64,000 nucleotides of DNA from Flaccisagitta enflata (Eukaryota). The translations under genes were made by a program, and so were the position numbers. The notes under the pieces were generated by a model that saw only the letters and a program-made list of their open reading frames with translations, made no database searches and was not told the origin of the DNA. Positions 57,150-64,000 of this stretch are shown piece after piece. The first letter of the stretch is position 1. Every line of letters starts with the position of its first letter. The stretch spans positions 12,462,001 to 12,526,000 of the forward strand of contig OZ231126.1 in NCBI GenBank assembly GCA_965153355.1, in the 5' to 3' direction.

Positions 57150-57860
57150 CAATGTACACTGTGCAGAGCCTCTGATAGCGGCGCGGGCCTCTGAAGTCCC
57201 ACTCTGTAACGACTCAAGTCTATGCAATTTCAAACCACTGAGAGCTGTTCAAAACTTATGATAGTGGCTTAGTTCTTTTCCTTAATCTCATTAAATGTCG
57301 TTGTGACGTATTGAATTTTCTTTCTGTGATTTGTGTTTATTCAAACCCACTCCAAACCGCTACTCGTTCCTCAATGTGTCCGATTGTAGTAAAGGTAGAG
57401 TCATTAAAATTCCCATTTTAAACCATTCTAAACGACAGTGAACTTCGAGAGCTTCTGAAAGCAGGATAAATCTATTCAAAACTGTGCACAGTTAAGAGCT
57501 CTAGTTGGTGGCATCGGTCTATTAAAAAATAATCCTTACTACGTAGCTACATAGATACATATCCATCTACTGTGCACTGTTGGGAGCTTCTGTTAGCGGT
57601 ATGAACCTATTCATAACCATAATTGTGCACTGTGCAGGGTGCACTGTTGAAAGCTTCTGAGCTTCTGTTGGCAGCATGAGTCTATTCAAAACCATTCCTA
57701 ATCACTGTGCGCTGTCGTGAGCTTCTGTAAGTTCTATTTAAAACAATCCCTAACCACTGTGCATTGTCGAGAGCTTGTAATAACAGCCTAGGTCTATTGA
57801 AAACCGTTCCTAACCACCGTGCACTGTTGAAGACATCTCTTAGCGGCGTAAGTCTGTTTT
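57150..57860. repeat. Degenerate ~60-bp tandem repeat
   Basis: Recurrent ACTGTGCACTGT..AGAGCTTCTG..TCTATTCAAAACC motifs. Confidence 0.65.
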
Positions 57861-57968
57861 GGCATCGTTTCCGAAGGTCAATTCACGCCGGAAGAACGAA
57901 CTTACCTAAAAACTTACCTAAAAACTTCCTTCATGACACTGAAAAAACCACCCTTAGAGTGAGAATGG

Positions 57969-58044
<76 letters not shown>

Positions 58045-58132
58045 AGATCTTTCACTTATCATATATCTGAAAGTCACCAACAAACACAGCCTCACCTTCA
58101 CACCTCCTAAAGAGTAAGTCCTCTGAACTCGC

Positions 58133-58191
<59 letters not shown>

Positions 58192-58384
58192 TAACGCTAC
58201 CTGGAACAAGATTGCCGACAATGAGAACCAATCTCTCTCTCTTTTTCTCTCTCTCTCTGAACCACTGGAACAGTGACAGTCCCGCCTCTCTTGTTATGCT
58301 TCCCGTCTTTGTTATCGAAGCATCACTCAAAAAGCGTGAGCCAAATTTCAGATTTTCGTCTTCACTTTGTTGTTCATTCTGTTT

Positions 58385-59130
58385 TTTCTATCTCTTTCAC
58401 TCTTTTTGTTGTTATCGTTGTTCTTGCCGTTTCAGTTCTTTCTTTTACTCGTTTGGTTGCTGTCGCTGTTGTTGTTGCGAATGTCTCCTGCTTTTTTTTC
58501 TTCATGTTTTGTTTTGGGCCACTGTTGCGGTTGTAGATTTCTTTTTAGTCGAGGACACGCGATTCTACACCTTGCCGTGTCGGTCGGTTCATCGGTCCGT
58601 CCATAACGTAATATTTTCAAATTGTGAGCGGTTTTCGCATTACTGCCCCTTCCCAACCGTCCGCGAATGGATTGCCGTGTCACCGGCCTTGATTGACAAA
58701 TGATGAACCATAGAACCAATTTAGTGCTAGCGAGAGCATGTGAGACTTATGGAGTTTGACGCAGCATGTAAATATTTGTCAGTGAAGTAGATCTGATGGC
58801 ATGGCATTATTATTTGTTATTTTTTCTCACTCTTTCACTCTTTTTGTTGTTATTGTTGTTCTTGCTGTTGCAGCTCTTCGTTTGGTTTTTGTTGCTGATG
58901 TTGTTGCGGATGACTCCTGCTTTATCTTCGCGTTTTGTTTTGGGCCACTGTTGCAGTTGTGGACCCCTCTTTTGAAAAAATGATGAAACGTAGAACCAAT
59001 TAAGCACTAGCGAGAGCAAGTGAAACTTTTGCAGTTAATTTATGAATCGTGATACAAAAGTATTTTACAAAAAAAAGGTTGGCATGACACAGCATGTAAA
59101 TATTTGTCAGTGAAGTAGATCTGATGGCAT
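58385..59130. repeat. Old ~280-300-bp tandem duplication; the first copy carries a HINE-like insertion (58547-58691)
   Basis: CTCTTTCACTCTTTTTGTTGTTAT, GTTTTGGGCCACTGTTGC and CAGCATGTAAATATTTGTCAGTGAAGTAGATCTGATGGCAT each occur twice in the same order. Confidence 0.8.
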
Positions 59131-60101
59131 TAATATTTGTTTTGTTTTTTTCATACAATGTCACTATGAAGCTGCTGAACACAAATCATTAACAAACAGC
59201 AATATCTAGGCAGCCGCTTCTGTTTTTCTAGCTGAAAAAGCAGGATTCAAACCCAAGAAAATCCTCACTTTCCCTGTCTATTAGTGCATGTGAATTTTAC
59301 AGTCGTGGACGATGCGACTGATCAATATCAATTCTATATTATTTGATAATCATAATGACAGTGGAACCTTCAAACGGGTTGGCTACTATCTTGGAAAAAA
59401 GTTTGTCGGCGAGGTAGGATATGGCTATATCATTAGTAAAAATAGAAATATAATGAAAATGCAAAAATCATGAGAGACACTTTAAGTCATCTTCCTTGGC
59501 ATCAATCAACACCTATATATGCCTGGGAATGTTAAGAAGAGGCAGTAAAAAGCCATTAAGTACAGTGCAGCTTGCCGACAAACTTATTTCCAAGGTAGTA
59601 GAAGATTGTTGACTGAGGAGTCATACTCCATGAGTTGTTTACTTCTGAAGGGTCCCGGAACACGGACCCAGTTGTCTTGACGGTGCCCAAAAAGAAAAAA
59701 AGCTTCATCAACTGCAAAAAGGACCGTAGCAGCGTTGACTGCCTTATTGCAATTGAAACTTTACCCACTCCTTTCCTATATGTTTTTTTTTCACAACCAC
59801 CCTTACCCTTTAATTTCTTTCCTCCTGTCTTCAGCACTCTATCTCGTCTTAATTCTTTTCACCACGTCTTCCTTTCCTTCACACCCACCGGACACCATTA
59901 CCCCTTCCTCCCTCTCCTCCTTCTCTTCCTTCTCTTCCTTCTCTTCCTTCTCTTCCTCCTCCTCCTCCTCTTCCCTCGTAGCAACGTCATTCCGATCAAC
60001 GGCGAGGTTTTGTTTACATTTTCTCTCTCGTGTAGCAACACAAACAAAATCATAAACCTCCCTTCATTCACTCCAAACGATAAAGCCCAAGGGATGCGGC
60101 C

Positions 60102-60953
<852 letters not shown>

Positions 60954-61357
60954 TGAGAAAGCAAAAGAAAAAAAAACGTCAGCCATGAAATTTTTTTTAT
61001 TGAAAAGCAACATAGTCGCTGCGGTTGTTTGTTTGTTTGCTTTACAAAGGAAAAAGAATCCGTCGTCAAGATGAAATTTTGCACTCGGGTTGATTTCTGA
61101 GTGAATACGATGTTATGTCATCCTATCTTGCCAATCAGCTTTATGAAATATTCAATGCCATCATCTTTACCATTCTACCCCGAGCCAGACGCGTCGTAAA
61201 CTAGTTTGTATCGTTTCGTTGTTTTGTAACTTTTCTCGAAATTTGATTTTGCTAAATGACTAAGCTAGATGTCACAAAAAAAGGTACGTAACCGCAGAAT
61301 GGATTACTCTAACCCGTAAAGGATACAAATACACCCACTTTAACGGAAATCCGTCTA

Positions 61358-61797
61358 CACTTTTTTTATTTTATAAGAGACCAGTTTATAAGAGACGTGA
61401 GCCTGAGATTTACCAAAATTTTAAGAACAAAATAAGAAAATGCCCAGGGGTAGATTTAGTTTTGGTTTTTTTCAAAAGAACTTTTTTTTTGTAGTTTCAT
61501 ATCTAAAAAATGAATTGTACTTAAATTTTTTAGAAATATACTTTTTTTTTATCTTTAGAAATAACTTCTTTTATTAGTTTGCCTATGAAATCAGGCATTA
61601 TGTAAAAAAAGACCATGATAATTATCGAGTTGAAGATACAATTGTTACAAATAAGGTATTTTTAAACAATTAATATATTTATAAACATTGAAAAAATTAA
61701 AAACACTTTAAGAGATTTCTAAGCTGAAAACAGCCAAAAATTTAAAAACACCCAGGCTGATTTCAAAAAAGTTGTCTCTTATATAAAAAAAAAAGTG
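61358..61797. mobile_element. AT-rich MITE-like element
   Basis: Inverted ends CACTTTTTTT..TATAAGAGAC / GTCTCTTATA..AAAAAAAAGTG. TA on the left only. Confidence 0.6.
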
Positions 61798-62314
61798 TTT
61801 AAACTTGTGGTCACTTCATGTCATTTTCCATTCATTTCCACACTGGCAGTAAGAGAAATCTGCCCATAATTGACGAATTTGGTTGGCCCCTGTTGACATC
61901 CGTCATTGCGGGCTTAGATATATAAGATGTCAAATTTGGGAGCAATTTGAGAAAACTTTGTCCCACAGGTCATCGTTACCATCGTTACTTCAAATATTAA
62001 ACCAAAAAAAAAAAAAAAAAAGAAAGAAAAAAGATAAAAGATTCATGAACCCAGATGTAATCATGTTAACAGGAAGTATCAAAAGTTTCTGCTATATCAC
62101 ACCGTGGATAGTGATTTTAATGCCATAATACGTGTCGCCTTATCAGCAGTTCTATGAGCCACCAGCGAGACATCCACCCTCCCCATTAAACTTCCACCAA
62201 CTCTTGCACTGGACCAAAGCAAAAAACGATCACTTACCATGCCCCAAATCCCGAGTTTTCGCCGACCCCATCTCCCCAGCCTTTTCAACCCCTCTCTCTG
62301 TACCTTCGAACCTG

Positions 62315-62630
62315 CCTCAAATCCAGTCCCTGCCCCTTTCCTCCATTGGCTAACTGAAGTCGATAGAGCCCTTTCCACTACCGCTCACCACGCCCTCAAT
62401 CCTGTCCCTGCCCCTTTCCCCCAATTGGTTAACTGAAGTCAATAGAGCGAAAGCCCTTTTCACTACCCCTCACCATGCCCGCAATCCTGTCCCTGCCCCT
62501 TTCCCCCAATTGGTTAACTGAAGTCAATAGAGCGAAAGCCCTTTTCACTACCCCTCACCATGCCCGCAATCCTGTCCCTGCCCCTTTCCCCCAATTGGTT
62601 AACTGAAGTCAATAGAGCGAAAGCCTTTTC
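62315..62630. repeat. 85-bp tandem repeat, ~3.6 copies
   Basis: AATCCTGTCCCTGCCCCTTTCC at 62398, 62483 and 62568, with a diverged first copy at ~62320. Confidence 0.93.
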
Positions 62631-62717
62631 AACGACGTATTTGTCAATAAATATTTAATGGCATCTTTTGAGAACCCGCTTGACTTTTTATACGATGTGT
62701 CGAGCCAAAAAATGTCT

Positions 62718-62759
<42 letters not shown>

Positions 62760-62895
62760 CTTTTTTATTCTTCCTTTATTTCCATATTTGTGCAGTGGCA
62801 AGCAGGATGGAAATATGGGGCGGTGAAAATGATGAGTTGGCCATGAACTGTCAAGGGGTGGAATGAAGAGGTTTTTTGACGGGCATTCTGGCAAA

Positions 62896-63000
<105 letters not shown>

Positions 63001-63846
63001 GAAGACGGGATTGCTGATAGATAAAAAAAAGTTGCAAGCAGAAACAAGGCAAAATGACAGACAGACAGACAGACAGACAGACAGAAACAAGACAGATTAA
63101 CAGATAGGTAGCCTGACAGAGACAAAGGATAAGTCGAAGAAAACGAAACAAAAACAGAAAGAAAAATGAGTGAGGAAGGACTGAGGTGACAAACACAGTG
63201 TCTTTGTGGGACAGAAACAAAGAAATGGACATTGCAATCGAGAGCAAACACAGAATTGATGGAAGAGGGAAAGACAGAAACAGAGTCGGAGACAATAGAA
63301 CGGAATGTTTGTGTACGGACCAACGGATTGAGAAGAAGGTAATAAATTCGGTGCTTGTATGGAGAAACAAACGGAAACAGAGGCAATAGAAATGACATCT
63401 TAAGGACAAGCAAACAGAAACACTGACAACACCACCGACCTGCGGCATGGACAAACAAGCGCTATAGGAACGATCCTCAAATATGGCAAAAATATGAAGT
63501 TAGTTCGAGAAAATGCTCAGAGAAGCAAAAAATTTCAAAGATAAAAGTTGGCATAACATTTCAGAACTTGGGATGGTCTGTTACGGTAGACAAAAACATG
63601 TAACATTTTTCCTCAGCATATCGGCATCGGTACTTGAAATAATCTTAATGGGAATTTTCAAAAACATGACGGGAGGCCATACCTGATAAAGACTATGCCT
63701 GACTAATGCGATATTCAATGCAGGCTAGGGGGAGAACAAGCTTGATGAAGGCCATACCATGCCTGTATGATATAAGGCATGCCTGATGGAGGCTTTGCCT
63801 GACCAGTGCCATACCTAATAACGGCCCTGCCTGACCACTGACATGT

Positions 63847-63917
<71 letters not shown>

Positions 63918-64000
63918 CCACTCATCAGGTGTCTGAATTCTGAAATGCACGCGGCGTTGATGACGTTATGTCAACTCGGTGATTCTTGTCTCTTTTGACA

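Noticed and set aside
59700-59765. Peptide KDRSSVDCLIAIET resembling the LINE RT GFR..RST.D motif
   Set aside because: It is too short and there is no adjacent RT sequence, so it cannot be supported.

Overview
This is AT-rich, extremely microsatellite-dense eukaryotic (metazoan, probably invertebrate) nuclear DNA with no host protein-coding gene I can support. Almost all long ORFs in the track are translations of simple repeats. The centrepiece is a ~10.8-kb Bel/Pao-type LTR retroelement (36067-46880). Its two LTR copies are ~98.6% identical, but both outer ends are clipped and embedded in (CT)n with no TSD. Its polyprotein ORF (Gag with a triple Zn-knuckle, protease, RNase H and integrase relics, no recognisable reverse transcriptase) is split in frame by a 4.65-kb foldback-like DNA element (8-bp TSD, arms made of 570-bp tandem repeats) that itself contains two nested elements. 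A 5'-truncated R4/Dong-like RLE LINE (9356-10060, minus) sits in a (TC)n tract in the same relative orientation, which suggests a possible microsatellite-targeted mobilisation system. The rest is a dense collection of non-autonomous elements (DINE-1/HINE-like Helentron derivatives of two families, hAT-like MITEs with 8-bp TSDs, Tc1/pogo-like MITEs with TA TSDs), satellites, minisatellites and microsatellites. All family assignments come from reading motifs by eye; no database search was run.
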